Assembly (NCBI GenBank): GCA_963664705.1
Contig: OY761556.1
Coordinates: 2,304,001-2,368,000, forward strand
DNA: 64,000 nucleotides
Direction of reading: 5' to 3'
DNA from: Acidobacteriota bacterium
Lineage (GTDB): Bacteria; Acidobacteriota; UBA6911
Numbering within the stretch: position 1 is the stretch's first letter; the number at the start of each line of letters is the position of its first letter. Both the position numbers and the translations under genes were made by a program. Under the pieces are notes generated by a model, which saw only the letters and a program-made list of their open reading frames with translations, was not told the origin of the DNA and made no database searches. Of this stretch, positions 9,629 through 19,739 are shown piece by piece.

Positions 9629-12600
9629 CTACGATAGCGAATAGTAGGCTTCCGGTATTATGGTCGAAGATTGCCCGGAGCTTTTCGCCGTTCCATGATA
9701 TTCCTGAAGCGTGCGAACGCTCAGCTTTTCGCGCCGCAAAGTGCGGATGGCATTGGCTGCCGCAGCCGCCCCCGAAAGCGTTGTGATGCAGGCAACGCCC
9801 CATTGTGTGGCGGCACGTCGGATGGATTTTTCATCCGATTGAGACTGTTGCCCGAGAGGTGTATTGATAATCAAACCAATCTTTTTGCTCTTGATCAAAT
9901 CGATGACATTTGGCCTGCCCTCTCCAGCCTTGAATATATGGTCCGCCCGCACACCCTTGGAGGTCAGGAATCTATGGGTGCCGGTCGTTGCCAGCAGGAG
10001 GAACCCCAGGCTTTCAAAATCCCTGGCAATCGGCAGAAGCGTCTCTTTGTCGCTGTCGTTGACGCTTAAGAATATCGTACCGCTTTGCGGCAGGCGCAGC
10101 CCTGCCGACAGTTGCGCCTTGGCAAATGCACTGCCAAAGCTGTCGGCCACGCCCATCACTTCCCCGGTGGATTTCATTTCCGGGCCGAGAATCGAGTCCA
10201 CGCCCGGGAAACGACTGAATGGGAAAACGGGCGACTTCACAAAGCAGTGACTTACCTTTAACTCCTCTGTCAATCCCAGATCCCGCAGCTTTTCGCCCGT
10301 CATAACGCGCGCGGCAATCTTGGCAAGCGGAATTCCGGTGGCCTTGCTTACATAAGGTATTGTTCGAGAGGCACGGGGATTTACCTCCAGGACATACACG
10401 ACATCCTTTTGAATCGCAAACTGGATATTCATCAGTCCAACGACGCGCAAAGCTCTTCCCAGCTTTTCGGTGAATCGTTTCATTCGATCCAGCAGGGTAA
10501 GGTTGATCATTACCGGGGGCAGTATGCATGTGCTGTCACCGCTGTGGATACCAGCCTGTTCGATATGTTCCATCACACCCGCGATGATCACCTGCTCGCC
10601 ATCGCAGACGGCATCCACATCGTATTCGAACGCATCCTCCAGAAATCTGTCGATCAGAACCGGCCGCTCCGGAGACACCTCCACGGCGGAGGTCATATAC
10701 TCATCCAGGGAAGCCTGATCGTATACGATGGACATTGCACGCCCGCCAAGCACATACGACGGACGAACGAGCACTGGATAGCCGATCTCGGCGGCAACCT
10801 TGCGTGCATCTTCCAAACAAAGCGCCGTCCCATTTTGAGGCTGAGGGATTTCCAACTCCGCCAACAGTTGGCCAAAGCGCTTGCGGTCTTCGGCAAGATC
10901 GATCCGCTCCGGAGATGTACCGATAATCGGAACTCCGGCCTCCTGCAGTTTGAGCGCAAGGTTCAGCGGCGTCTGTCCTCCGAACTGCACGATGACGCCG
11001 TCCGGTTTTTCCACCGCGACAATCTCCATCACATCTTCAAACGTCAGCGGTTCAAAGTACAACCGGTCCGATGTGTCGTAGTCCGTGGAAACGGTTTCCG
11101 GGTTGCAGTTCACCATGATCGTCTCGAAGCCGATCTCATTCAGCGCAAAGGAAGCGTGGCAGCAACAATAGTCAAATTCTATCCCTTGACCAATGCGGTT
11201 GGGTCCACTCCCCAACACCATGATCTTCTTTCGGTCGGATGGATTCGCCTCGCACTCGCTTTCGTAGGTCGAATACAGGTAGGGAGTGTGGGACTCAAAC
11301 TCGGCAGCGCACGTATCGACGCGCTTGTAGACCGGTCGCACGCCAGTCTTATGTCGAAGCTCCATGACCTGGATAGCTGTTGGGTTGCCCTCGCTGGAAG
11401 GGGCCAGGAACTCGGAAATATTCTGGTCCGAAAATCCAGAACGCTTGCACTCCCGGAGAAGATCGGACGGCAGATTGGCAAGGGTGTGCGTCGACAGCTT
11501 TTTCTCGAGATCTACGATCTCCCTTAGCTGATTCAAAAACCAAAGATCGATCTTTGTCTGTTTGTGAATCTCCTCAATGGAACGACCGCTGGCTAAGGCA
11601 TAGTGTATATAAGCAAGCCGCTCCGGGAATGGCGTCTGGAGGAAACGATCCAGGCGCTCGGGAAATATTTTCTCGGAAGCCAGGCTCTTTCCTTTTTCTA
11701 GAGAACGGACGCCCTTCATCAAAGCTTCTTTAAAGGTCCGCCCGATTGCCATGACCTCCCCGACCGACTTCATCTGGGTTCCCAGAGTAGGATCAGCCTC
11801 TTTGAATTTCTCAAAGTTCCATTTGGGTATCTTGGCAACAACATAATCGATCGTCGGCTCAAAACTCGCGGGAGTTTTCTTGGTTATATCGTTCGGAATT
11901 TCATCCAGCGTATATCCGACGGCAAGCTTTGCCGCAATTTTTGCAATCGGGAAGCCGGTCGCTTTGGACGCAAGCGCGGAACTCCTCGATACTCGCGGAT
12001 TCATTTCGATGACGATTATTTCGCCGGTCGCCGGATTCACAGCGAACTGAATATTGGATCCGCCGGTTTCAACCCCGACTTTGCGAATAATGCGGATCGC
12101 AGCGTCGCGCATCAGCTGATACTCTTTGTCGGTAAGAGTCTGGGCCGGCGCGACAGTAATGGAATCGCCGGTATGCACGCCCATCGGATCAAAGTTCTCG
12201 ATCGAGCAGATAATTACAACGTTGTCCGCCAGATCCCGCATCACCTCCAGCTCAAATTCTTTCCAACCGATAAGAGACTGCTCAACCAGAACCTCATGCA
12301 CGGGAGAAATATCGAGCCCTCTGGAGATAATGGCTTCATATTCCTCCATGTTGAATGCGGTACCGCCGCCGAAACCACCGAGGGTAAAGCTGGGTCGAAT
12401 AATCGCAGGAAGGCCGATGGTTGCCAGATATTCCTTGGCCTCTGCGAGGCTCTTAACCACACGCGACCGAGCGGACTGCAGCCCGATCTCCGTCATCGCA
12501 TCCTTGAAAAGCTGTCGATCCTCGGCTACTTCCACCGCATGCAATTTTGCGCCAATCATCTCGACGCCGTATTGGGCCAGCACGCCGGATTTGGCCAATT

Positions 12601-12901
12601 CGACCGAGATATTCAGTCCAGTCTGCCCTCCCACGGTTGGCAGCAAAGCATCGGGGCGCTCCCGCGAGATAATCGCCGCGACCGATTCCGCTGTCAGCGG
12701 TTCGATGTAGGTGCGATCCGCAAGATCCGGATCGGTCATAATGGTCGCGGGATTGGAATTCACCAGGACTACATCAAAACCCTCGCTCTGGAGGGATTTG
12801 CAGGCTTGAGTACCCGAATAGTCGAACTCGCAGGCTTGTCCAATCACGATAGGACCGGAGCCGATGATAAGAATTTTGCGGAGATCAGTGCGTTTAGGCA
12901 T
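9629..12901 (-). CDS. carB: Carbamoyl-phosphate synthase large subunit
   Basis: Start [30 protein letters not shown], duplicated ATP-grasp domains, MGS domain; 8-nt overlap with the carA stop. Confidence 0.98.
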   Translation of the reverse strand: MPKRTDLRKILIIGSGPIVIGQACEFDYSGTQACKSLQSEGFDVVLVNSNPATIMTDPDLADRTYIEPLTAESVAAIISRERPDALLPTVGGQTGLNISVELAKSGVLAQYGVEMIGAKLHAVEVAEDRQLFKDAMTEIGLQSARSRVVKSLAEAKEYLATIGLPAIIRPSFTLGGFGGGTAFNMEEYEAIISRGLDISPVHEVLVEQSLIGWKEFELEVMRDLADNVVIICSIENFDPMGVHTGDSITVAPAQTLTDKEYQLMRDAAIRIIRKVGVETGGSNIQFAVNPATGEIIVIEMNPRVSRSSALASKATGFPIAKIAAKLAVGYTLDEIPNDITKKTPASFEPTIDYVVAKIPKWNFEKFKEADPTLGTQMKSVGEVMAIGRTFKEALMKGVRSLEKGKSLASEKIFPERLDRFLQTPFPERLAYIHYALASGRSIEEIHKQTKIDLWFLNQLREIVDLEKKLSTHTLANLPSDLLRECKRSGFSDQNISEFLAPSSEGNPTAIQVMELRHKTGVRPVYKRVDTCAAEFESHTPYLYSTYESECEANPSDRKKIMVLGSGPNRIGQGIEFDYCCCHASFALNEIGFETIMVNCNPETVSTDYDTSDRLYFEPLTFEDVMEIVAVEKPDGVIVQFGGQTPLNLALKLQEAGVPIIGTSPERIDLAEDRKRFGQLLAELEIPQPQNGTALCLEDARKVAAEIGYPVLVRPSYVLGGRAMSIVYDQASLDEYMTSAVEVSPERPVLIDRFLEDAFEYDVDAVCDGEQVIIAGVMEHIEQAGIHSGDSTCILPPVMINLTLLDRMKRFTEKLGRALRVVGLMNIQFAIQKDVVYVLEVNPRASRTIPYVSKATGIPLAKIAARVMTGEKLRDLGLTEELKVSHCFVKSPVFPFSRFPGVDSILGPEMKSTGEVMGVADSFGSAFAKAQLSAGLRLPQSGTIFLSVNDSDKETLLPIARDFESLGFLLLATTGTHRFLTSKGVRADHIFKAGEGRPNVIDLIKSKKIGLIINTPLGQQSQSDEKSIRRAATQWGVACITTLSGAAAAANAIRTLRREKLSVRTLQEYHGTAKSSGQSSTIIPEAYYSLS

Positions 12902-13997
12902 TACGTTTCCGGAACTCCAACATGAGTTGTTTAAACTCTTCAAACAGATAGTGCGAATCGTGCGGACCAGGAGAAGCTTCAGGGTGATACTGTACGGAAA
13001 ATGCGGGAATACTCCGATGGCGTATTCCCTCCAGCGTCTGGTCGTTCAAATTTATGTGCGTAGCCTCAACCTTGCCCGCATCCAGTGAGTCGGGATCGAC
13101 CGCGAACCCGTGATTCTGCGCTGTTATTTCAACCCGACTTGTAGCAAGATTCTTCACAGGCTGATTGCCGCCGCGATGTCCGAATTTCAACTTATAGGTC
13201 TTGCCGCCGAACGCCAATCCCATCAATTGATGCCCGAGACATATCCCGAACACCGGGATTCGGCCTAACAGCTGTCGGATATTGCGGATCGCATATTCCA
13301 GGGGTTCCGGGTCGCCGGGCCCATTCGAGAGGAATACTCCGTCAGGATTTTGAGCGAGTACGTCCTCCGGGGAGGTCAAGGCCGGGACGACCGTGACATC
13401 GCACCCAACCCGCGCCAGGTTCTCCAGGATATTTCGTTTTATACCGTAGTCATAGGCTACGACTTTGAATCGGTTCGGAGCTTCGCTTCCGGCCGGGCAG
13501 GTATAGGCGGATTTGCATGTCACCGAGGACGCCAGATCACAACCAAGCATGCTTCTGGCAGATCGGGCTCGCTGAATGAGAGTCTCGGGATCAAGGTTAT
13601 CGGTGCTGATGATGCCGCGCATTGCGCCTCGATTGCGGATATGCAGGACGAGAGCGCGGGTATCCACCTCCGATATGCATACAATTCCGTGACGCTTCAG
13701 GTAAGCCTCCAGCGATTCGCTGGAGCGCCAATTGGATGCAATGGCGCTGAATTCGCGGGCAACAAAACCCTCGACATAGGGACGGCCAGATTCCTCGTCG
13801 GCTGCGTTGGTTCCATAATTGCCGATATGGGGATAGGTCATGACAACAATCTGACCGGCATAGGACGGATCCGTCAGGATTTCCTGATAGCCGGACATGG
13901 AGGTGTTGAAAACAACTTCCCCAACCGTCTCCCCTACGGCGCCAAAGCCCCGTCCCGCAAACGTACAGCCATCTTCCAGTGCTAGAATCGCTTTCAT
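12894..13997 (-). CDS. carA: Carbamoyl-phosphate synthase small subunit
   Basis: [47 protein letters not shown]. Confidence 0.98.
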   Translation of the reverse strand: MKAILALEDGCTFAGRGFGAVGETVGEVVFNTSMSGYQEILTDPSYAGQIVVMTYPHIGNYGTNAADEESGRPYVEGFVAREFSAIASNWRSSESLEAYLKRHGIVCISEVDTRALVLHIRNRGAMRGIISTDNLDPETLIQRARSARSMLGCDLASSVTCKSAYTCPAGSEAPNRFKVVAYDYGIKRNILENLARVGCDVTVVPALTSPEDVLAQNPDGVFLSNGPGDPEPLEYAIRNIRQLLGRIPVFGICLGHQLMGLAFGGKTYKLKFGHRGGNQPVKNLATSRVEITAQNHGFAVDPDSLDAGKVEATHINLNDQTLEGIRHRSIPAFSVQYHPEASPGPHDSHYLFEEFKQLMLEFRKRNA

Positions 13998-14083
13998 TTG
14001 ATCAGGAATTTACCCAGAGTGAATGGTGTCGGCTCTGCAGCCTCACCGATGATGCTAGTCACAAACGACACCGCCAATTTCGA

Positions 14084-14656
14084 TTACTCAACCGGACCAA
14101 CGCGTGATACGGGCCAGTAGCTGAAGATAGCCTTGCCATAAATCAGATCGTGTTCCACAAATCCCCAGCTACGACTATCATTGCTTGAATTGCGATGATC
14201 GCCAAGAACGAAATATTGTCCCGTGGGAACGACCACCGGGGAATATGACTTCAGATCCATGAAGTCAGGGTTCAAATAAGGCTCATTCACCTTGACCCCA
14301 TTGATAAAAACGGTTCCAAACCGGATTTCTACTTTGTCGCCGGGAACCCCAAGGACCCTTTTGATAAACGATTTGCTGCGATCACGGGGATACCAGAAAA
14401 CCACGACATCCCCTCTATGGATATCCGCAAACCGGTAGATAAACCGATTCACAAAAATCCGCTCCTGGTCGACAAGCCGCGGCTGCATACTCGTGCCTTC
14501 TACTTTCACCGGCTGGACTACAAAAATAACGATGAAAATCGCTATCGCGAAGGCGAGGAGGATGTCACGGAACCAGGACCTTAATTCAAAGACCAATTTA
14601 AAACCGCCATCCCGTTGCGGTTCGGCCTCTGAAGCGCTTTTTTCGTTCATCTCCAA
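14084..14656 (-). CDS. lepB: Signal peptidase I
   Basis: VEGTSMQP (Ser), FIKRVLG (Lys), GDHRNSSNDSR. Confidence 0.95.
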   Translation of the reverse strand: MEMNEKSASEAEPQRDGGFKLVFELRSWFRDILLAFAIAIFIVIFVVQPVKVEGTSMQPRLVDQERIFVNRFIYRFADIHRGDVVVFWYPRDRSKSFIKRVLGVPGDKVEIRFGTVFINGVKVNEPYLNPDFMDLKSYSPVVVPTGQYFVLGDHRNSSNDSRSWGFVEHDLIYGKAIFSYWPVSRVGPVE

Positions 14657-14821
14657 ACGTGCTTTTCCCCGATCCTAATATCTGCAGGCACAAAACTTTA
14701 TGCTACCAGACAGAATATTAAAACCCAAATATGGATATTCAGCAAGACCTGATCTACGTCTAAGTGAGATTTAACTTCATCCGGACCAAAACCACGCGGT
14801 AATTGCATATTCGTCCGACCT

Positions 14822-15766
14822 TTATCCCCCAATTCCGTGCAGATCCGGTCGCGCCCGCGGGATATCGATTCGATCCAAATCATTGAGAGCAATAACGTTT
14901 GGAAATAAACAAGACGCCTCGGACAGATGTTGTTCCGGATTAGCGTAGCGCTGGGAGAAATGGGTCAGCGCCAATTGGCGTGCAGCCGCCTCCTGCGCCA
15001 CACTTGCGGCATCTTCGGCCGTGGAATGTCGGTAAAAGTCCGCCAGATCCCGATGCTCCGACGTGTAGGTGGCCTCCATCAGGAGGAGATCGGCATCTCT
15101 GGCCAATTTTATCGCGCCCTCACAAGGCTGTGTGTCCATAACAAAAGCAAAAGCGCTGCCCGGGCGCGGGGCGGAGACACTTTCCAGCGAGACCAATCCC
15201 CTGTCGGTCTGAATGGAACCTCTGCGCCTCAGTTCACCGACCGCCGGACCTCGAATCCCCGCCATTTCCAGCTTCTCCGGGATGAATCGTCTCCCGGGCA
15301 ATCCAGCAACCCGGTATCCAAGAGTAGGAACAGAGTGCTTCAGCGGATGTCCCCACAGTACAGACTCGCCGGAACGATTCAATTCACTCAATTCCTCGGT
15401 CATTTCAATCGGATGATAGATGATCTCGATCTGCGGCTCGTAGATGGAGGCCGCACAAAGCCGGTCCACATAAACCTGACCGCTCTGCGGGTAGTAGAGG
15501 TGCACCGGATGCCGGCAGTTGTCGAGAGACAATCTTTGCACAATGCCGGCCAGCCCCAGGCAATGATCTCCGTGAAAATGGGTGATGCAAATGTGATGGA
15601 TGGAACTCGCCGAAATCCCGGCCAGGGTCATCTGTCGTTGAGCTCCCTCGCCTGGATCGAACAGATATCCTATCCCATCCCAAAGCAACATATAGGCATT
15701 GTGGCTCCGTTCCCGTGTCGGCACCTGGCTGCTGGTTCCAAGGGCAATCATTAGACGACCGCTCAT
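14822..15766 (-). CDS. rnz: Ribonuclease Z (MBL fold)
   Basis: LGTSSQVPTRER, DPGEGAQRQ, THFHGDH, EATY...HST, LTHFSQRY. Confidence 0.9.
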   Translation of the reverse strand: MSGRLMIALGTSSQVPTRERSHNAYMLLWDGIGYLFDPGEGAQRQMTLAGISASSIHHICITHFHGDHCLGLAGIVQRLSLDNCRHPVHLYYPQSGQVYVDRLCAASIYEPQIEIIYHPIEMTEELSELNRSGESVLWGHPLKHSVPTLGYRVAGLPGRRFIPEKLEMAGIRGPAVGELRRRGSIQTDRGLVSLESVSAPRPGSAFAFVMDTQPCEGAIKLARDADLLLMEATYTSEHRDLADFYRHSTAEDAASVAQEAAARQLALTHFSQRYANPEQHLSEASCLFPNVIALNDLDRIDIPRARPDLHGIGG

Positions 15767-15870
15767 CTCACATCCTTTCGAAATTCCAGGTAGATTATGC
15801 CATTTTGAGCCGCAGCATCAGCGCCAGGAAGCGAAATCCGCTGCCGGAAATGCTATATATCATTTGCCAC

Positions 15871-15958
15871 GGGCGATGCCCTTCGGCGTGCGGTAGCTTG
15901 CCACGGCCTTCGGCTTTTATGGTTTTCAAAGGCGGCAGCGGGATGCCGGCGCTCCCAA
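15871..15958 (-). repeat. ~85-bp REP-like element (full-length copy)
   Basis: Reverse complement aligns with 18083-18166 (shared GGCAT..CGCT.CCG.CTTTGAAAACCAT...GC.ACCGCAC...AAGGGC). Confidence 0.7.
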
Positions 15959-16033
15959 TAGGCTTCATTCCAGGCCGCTGCAAATAATCCTTCGGCACTC
16001 GCAGCAGGCGCATACCGCATGGGACGCAAACCC

Positions 16034-16061
16034 TTGCTTTCCAAGCCCCTGCTGCTATAAT
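16034..16061 (+). promoter_or_regulatory. Putative sigma70 promoter of the radical SAM gene
   Basis: TTGCTT-N16-TATAAT with TGn extended -10, 65 nt before the ATG. Confidence 0.6.
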
Positions 16062-16126
16062 GACAGGTTTTTGTTTACAACCAAACTGCAGAGTGAGAAA
16101 AAGCTGCAGAGTAGTCTGGAAGAAGG

Positions 16127-17473
16127 ATGCCGGTGAAAATCGTAGTTCTTAACGCAAGTCGTCAGAAAAACTGTACCCTCAAAGATGTTGCCGGAGGGTT
16201 CGGAACCGTTTTTACAGTGGGCAAATCTCCGTTCGCAAAGCTCCTGGAAGTGGCAAAGCGGCGGATTGCAGCCATTCCGAACATCACGCTCGCATACCTG
16301 GATTCGATCCTGTCCGCAAACGGCGCATCGGTAAAGGTTCTGGACGTGCGTCGATCGGATCAGCTGATTCCCGCCGATCTCTATCTGATCTCTTCATCGA
16401 TAGTGGACTGCAATCTGGAACGAGAGCTTGGGTCTTACGCAAAGAGCCATTTTGGATCCAAAGTCGGCTACTTTGGGCCTTTTGCGGCAATGGTACCCGA
16501 GTTTTATGGCGGTTCTGCCGATTTTGTCGTTAAAGAGGAAATTGAAAACATTGCACCTGCTCTGGCTCATGGAGAAATCCCTGAGGGAATCGTGTCCGCC
16601 GGGTTTGTACAGGATCTCGATTCGCTCCCCTTCCCCAGCTGGGATCAATTTGAAATTCAGAAATTCCGGTACCAGATTGTTACGAACAAAGGAATTACGC
16701 TTCCAATGCTGGGGAGCCGTGGCTGCCCCTATACGTGCAATTACTGCCCCTATCTCGTCAACTCAAAATATCGGGTTCGCAGCCCCGAGAGCATTGTCGA
16801 CGAAATCCGTTATCTCTCGGCCAGGTACAATATTCGAGGTATTGCATTCCGCGATCCCAATCTGACATTTGACAAAAACAGGGCCCGTGAGTTCTCGGAA
16901 CTACTGCTGAAATATAACCTGGATATCCGTTGGGGCTGTGAAGCGCGAACCGATTGCCTCGATCCGGAATTGGTGGACCTGCTGTTCCGTTCCGGGCTGC
17001 GCAGCATCGAGGTGGGAGTGGAGTCCGCCAACCACAATGTGCTGCGTGGCAACCAGCGAAAAGCCATTGCCAAGCCGCAACAGGAAATGATCATTGATCA
17101 CTGTCACAAGCTGGGCATTCGGGTCATCGCGAACTACACGTTCGGGCTGCCCAACGATTCAACCGAAGGCATCCGGGAAACGATACGGTATGCAAAGAGG
17201 TTGAATACGTTTGCCATTCAGTTTACGGTCACGACGCCCTATCCCGGCACTCAATTCTATGAGGCGGTCAAACACCGGATTTTTGAAACCGATTGGGAAA
17301 AATTCAACGGTTGGACAAGCGTTTATCAGCATCCCGCGATTTGTTCTGCCGAACTTCATCGCCTGCGGGAGTTCGCCTACGTCTCCTATCACCTGCGGCC
17401 GCGATACGTCTGGCGGTTCTTGCAGTCGACCATCCTGCACCCGCTTCTGTTTCCGGAGCCGCGCGGAGCATAG
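16127..17473 (+). CDS. B12-binding-type radical SAM protein (class B methyltransferase-like)
   Basis: DLDSLPFP, SRGCPYTCNYC (CxxxCxxC), RSPESIVDEI, GVES, TPYPGT. Confidence 0.85.
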   Translation: MPVKIVVLNASRQKNCTLKDVAGGFGTVFTVGKSPFAKLLEVAKRRIAAIPNITLAYLDSILSANGASVKVLDVRRSDQLIPADLYLISSSIVDCNLERELGSYAKSHFGSKVGYFGPFAAMVPEFYGGSADFVVKEEIENIAPALAHGEIPEGIVSAGFVQDLDSLPFPSWDQFEIQKFRYQIVTNKGITLPMLGSRGCPYTCNYCPYLVNSKYRVRSPESIVDEIRYLSARYNIRGIAFRDPNLTFDKNRAREFSELLLKYNLDIRWGCEARTDCLDPELVDLLFRSGLRSIEVGVESANHNVLRGNQRKAIAKPQQEMIIDHCHKLGIRVIANYTFGLPNDSTEGIRETIRYAKRLNTFAIQFTVTTPYPGTQFYEAVKHRIFETDWEKFNGWTSVYQHPAICSAELHRLREFAYVSYHLRPRYVWRFLQSTILHPLLFPEPRGA

Positions 17474-17490
17474 ATTTTTCAATTGGGGAA

Positions 17491-17982
17491 TCAGCGGTAA
17501 GCTACCACCAGCTGAAGCGCGAAGGAGCAGGATCCCATTTCAACTCCCACGTCCAGTCTTTCTGCATCTTTGGGAGCGCGCATGGAGTAGTGGGTTCCCT
17601 GGACAATTGAAGGGATGGAGATTTTGATCAGGTCGTCATCCCCGCTGCAGGCGAACTTCTTCAAGCCCCCGGCAAGCATATTAGACATTTCGCCGACCGC
17701 ATCCACGACAATATCATCGACCGCATCAAAGCTCATGCCCACGAGATTCCCCGCAAGTCTGCAGGCATCCTGGGGAGTCAAATGCATGGCCACAAATCCT
17801 GAAATTTTTCCGCCAAACCCGACCATGGCAGACAATCCGGTAGGAACAGCTGCGCTGTGGTCCCACGGAAAAACGTGGCTCTCGCAACTGAGCATTGTTC
17901 TGGCGATGCCGTTCAATATGTCTTCGAGGCCCTTTTCGAGGTCAAAAGGCGTGATCCCGCCTGCGGCCGCAATGCTCATCAT
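17491..17982 (-). CDS. cheX: Chemotaxis phosphatase CheX
   Basis: AMVGFGG.ISG, DAVGEMSNMLAG (ExxN), ISIPSIVQG. Confidence 0.88.
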   Translation of the reverse strand: MMSIAAAGGITPFDLEKGLEDILNGIARTMLSCESHVFPWDHSAAVPTGLSAMVGFGGKISGFVAMHLTPQDACRLAGNLVGMSFDAVDDIVVDAVGEMSNMLAGGLKKFACSGDDDLIKISIPSIVQGTHYSMRAPKDAERLDVGVEMGSCSFALQLVVAYR

Positions 17983-18015
17983 GAGACTCCTTCTGTAAGC
18001 AATTCATGTGTCTAT

Positions 18016-18043
18016 CTATCGCCCAAATTATTACCCGACGTTA
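18016..18043 (-). promoter_or_regulatory. Putative sigma28 (FliA) promoter of cheX
   Basis: TAAC-N16-GGCGATAG on the minus strand, ~35 nt upstream of cheX. Confidence 0.55.
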
Positions 18044-18082
18044 GGCATTCCCGCCGCCAAACACAAAAAGTTCACCGGCGAT

Positions 18083-18166
18083 TTTGGAGTGCGGCATTTC
18101 GCTTCCGGCTTTGAAAACCATGGAACGGAGGAAGATGGCCAGCCACCGCACTCAAAGGGCCTTGCC
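18083..18166 (+). repeat. ~85-bp REP-like element (full-length copy)
   Basis: TTTGGAGTGCGG...CCGCACTCAAA terminal inverted repeats; homologous to 15871-15958 and 411-455. Confidence 0.7.
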
Positions 18167-18222
18167 TCGGAAAAATATACAGGCAGAACCCAATTTTTCA
18201 GCTATACACTGCACACCGCAGG

Positions 18223-18250
18223 TAAAGATCCGATCTCCTATCGTCGATAG
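18223..18250 (+). promoter_or_regulatory. Putative sigma28 promoter of the hypothetical/HD-GYP/GNAT operon
   Basis: TAAA-N16-GTCGATAG, 32 nt before the ATG at 18283. Confidence 0.65.
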
Positions 18251-18282
18251 AGGATATAGCCCAACGGAGAAGATGGAGAGGG

Positions 18283-18618
18283 ATGATCGAAAAGCAGGCG
18301 CAGTGCAAAAGCGAGGGTAAAGCAGGCGGTGGCGGGGAAACTTCTGTGCCCGGCCTGAACAACAACCTCGAATTCATGGGCAAGCAGCTGCATGTTCAGA
18401 CCGAACGCATCAGCTTCCCGACCCCCCGGGTCGTAACCGAGGTGTTCAGTAATGGACGGGTTGTTTTTTCGAAAAAGTCTGAAATCCCGATGAGCGGTGC
18501 AGAATTGCAGGATTTCGCCACAATTGAAGAGTTGATGCGCACGCAGCATCTTCAGACAATTCGCGAAATAGAGGAAAAACAGAAGCGTATCCTTAGCTCG
18601 GCACCGGTGCGTAAATGA
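18283..18618 (+). CDS. Hypothetical protein (GxNxN...HVQTE...LMxxQH pattern)
   Basis: 111 aa, SD GGAG, ATGA overlap with the next gene. Confidence 0.75.
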   Translation: MIEKQAQCKSEGKAGGGGETSVPGLNNNLEFMGKQLHVQTERISFPTPRVVTEVFSNGRVVFSKKSEIPMSGAELQDFATIEELMRTQHLQTIREIEEKQKRILSSAPVRK

Positions 18619-19739
18619 TTATGAGCCAGCAGCAGTCACCAGATCGTATCCTCATTGTTGACGACGAGGATAACATGCGCTCGGTGCTTCTCCGGCACCT
18701 GGAGGAGGAGGGGGCGGAATGCGTCGCCTGTCCCTCGGCCATTGATGCCCTCGACGAGATGAAAAAGCGGCCGTTCTCGCTTGTCATCAGCGATGTGATG
18801 ATGCCGGGAATGTCAGGGATGGAATTCCTTCGGCTGGCCAAGAAGGAGGATCCCGAGACTGCCTTTATCATGATCACGGGCCTCATGGACATCAATACGG
18901 CCATTGATTCTCTCCGGATAGGAGCTTGTGACTTCATCACAAAGCCATTTGAATTGCCGGCTATCAAACGTGCCGTCGATCGAGCCCTGGAAAACAGACG
19001 GCTGCTTATCGAAAATCGACGCTATCGGGGCGAATTGGAGCAGAAGGTACGAAAACGGACCTATGAACTAAACGAAGCCCTGCATGACGTGGAAGAAAGC
19101 TACAAAATCACGCTCGAGGCCTTGGTAACCGCCCTGGATGCGCGAGAACACGAAACGCAAGCCCATTCGCAGCGGGTGCGGGAGTACACTCTGACCCTGG
19201 CCCATCAACTGGGGCTCAAACATGACGATCTCATACAAACAGGCCGTGGAGCGCTTCTTCACGACGTTGGAAAGATCGGTGTGCGCGACTCCATTCTTCT
19301 GAAGCCGGGCAAACTGAACGAGGAAGAATGGGTTGAAATGCGAAAGCATCCCCAAATCGGGTACAATATATTGCAGAGTATAGAATTCCTGGCTCCTGCC
19401 GCGGAGATCGTATTATGCCACCAGGAGCGATGGGATGGGAAAGGATATCCCAACAGACTGGCAGGCATGGATATCCCGCTTGGAGCTAGAATTTTCGCGG
19501 TTGTTGATACGATGGATGCAATGACGAGCGATCGTCCATATCGAAAAGCGATGTCCTTTGATGCGGCGCTCAGTGAAATACGCGCCTGCTCTGGAACTCA
19601 GTTCGATCCCGATGTTACGGAAGCGTTTCTATCAATACCGGTTGCATCCTGGATTGCCATCCACGATTCCGTTAACCGGTCGCATCAGAATCAGGATTGC
19701 TTTGGTCTTCTATGTCCGATCTCCAATATCTCCCGATAA
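18615..19739 (+). CDS. REC + HD-GYP response regulator (RpfG-like c-di-GMP phosphodiesterase)
   Basis: ILIVDDE...SDVMMPGMSG...KPF receiver domain; HSQRV, LLHDVGK, HQERWDGKGYP, DAMTSDRPYRKA. Confidence 0.93.
   Translation: MIMSQQQSPDRILIVDDEDNMRSVLLRHLEEEGAECVACPSAIDALDEMKKRPFSLVISDVMMPGMSGMEFLRLAKKEDPETAFIMITGLMDINTAIDSLRIGACDFITKPFELPAIKRAVDRALENRRLLIENRRYRGELEQKVRKRTYELNEALHDVEESYKITLEALVTALDAREHETQAHSQRVREYTLTLAHQLGLKHDDLIQTGRGALLHDVGKIGVRDSILLKPGKLNEEEWVEMRKHPQIGYNILQSIEFLAPAAEIVLCHQERWDGKGYPNRLAGMDIPLGARIFAVVDTMDAMTSDRPYRKAMSFDAALSEIRACSGTQFDPDVTEAFLSIPVASWIAIHDSVNRSHQNQDCFGLLCPISNISR

Noticed and set aside
10409-11527. Long plus-strand ORFs (372 aa here; also 270..983, 2690..3433, 12173..12925, 14927..15754, 43727..44392, 60338..61114)
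   Set aside because: Antisense shadows of well-supported genes, with no motifs
16005-16035. GGGACGCAAA resembles part of a c-di-GMP-I riboswitch
   Set aside because: No GNRA-capped P2 stem or receptor helix, and it lies upstream of the predicted promoter
411-18166. Repeats as a CRISPR array or IS ends
   Set aside because: The copies are kilobases apart with no spacers, cas genes, transposase or target-site duplication
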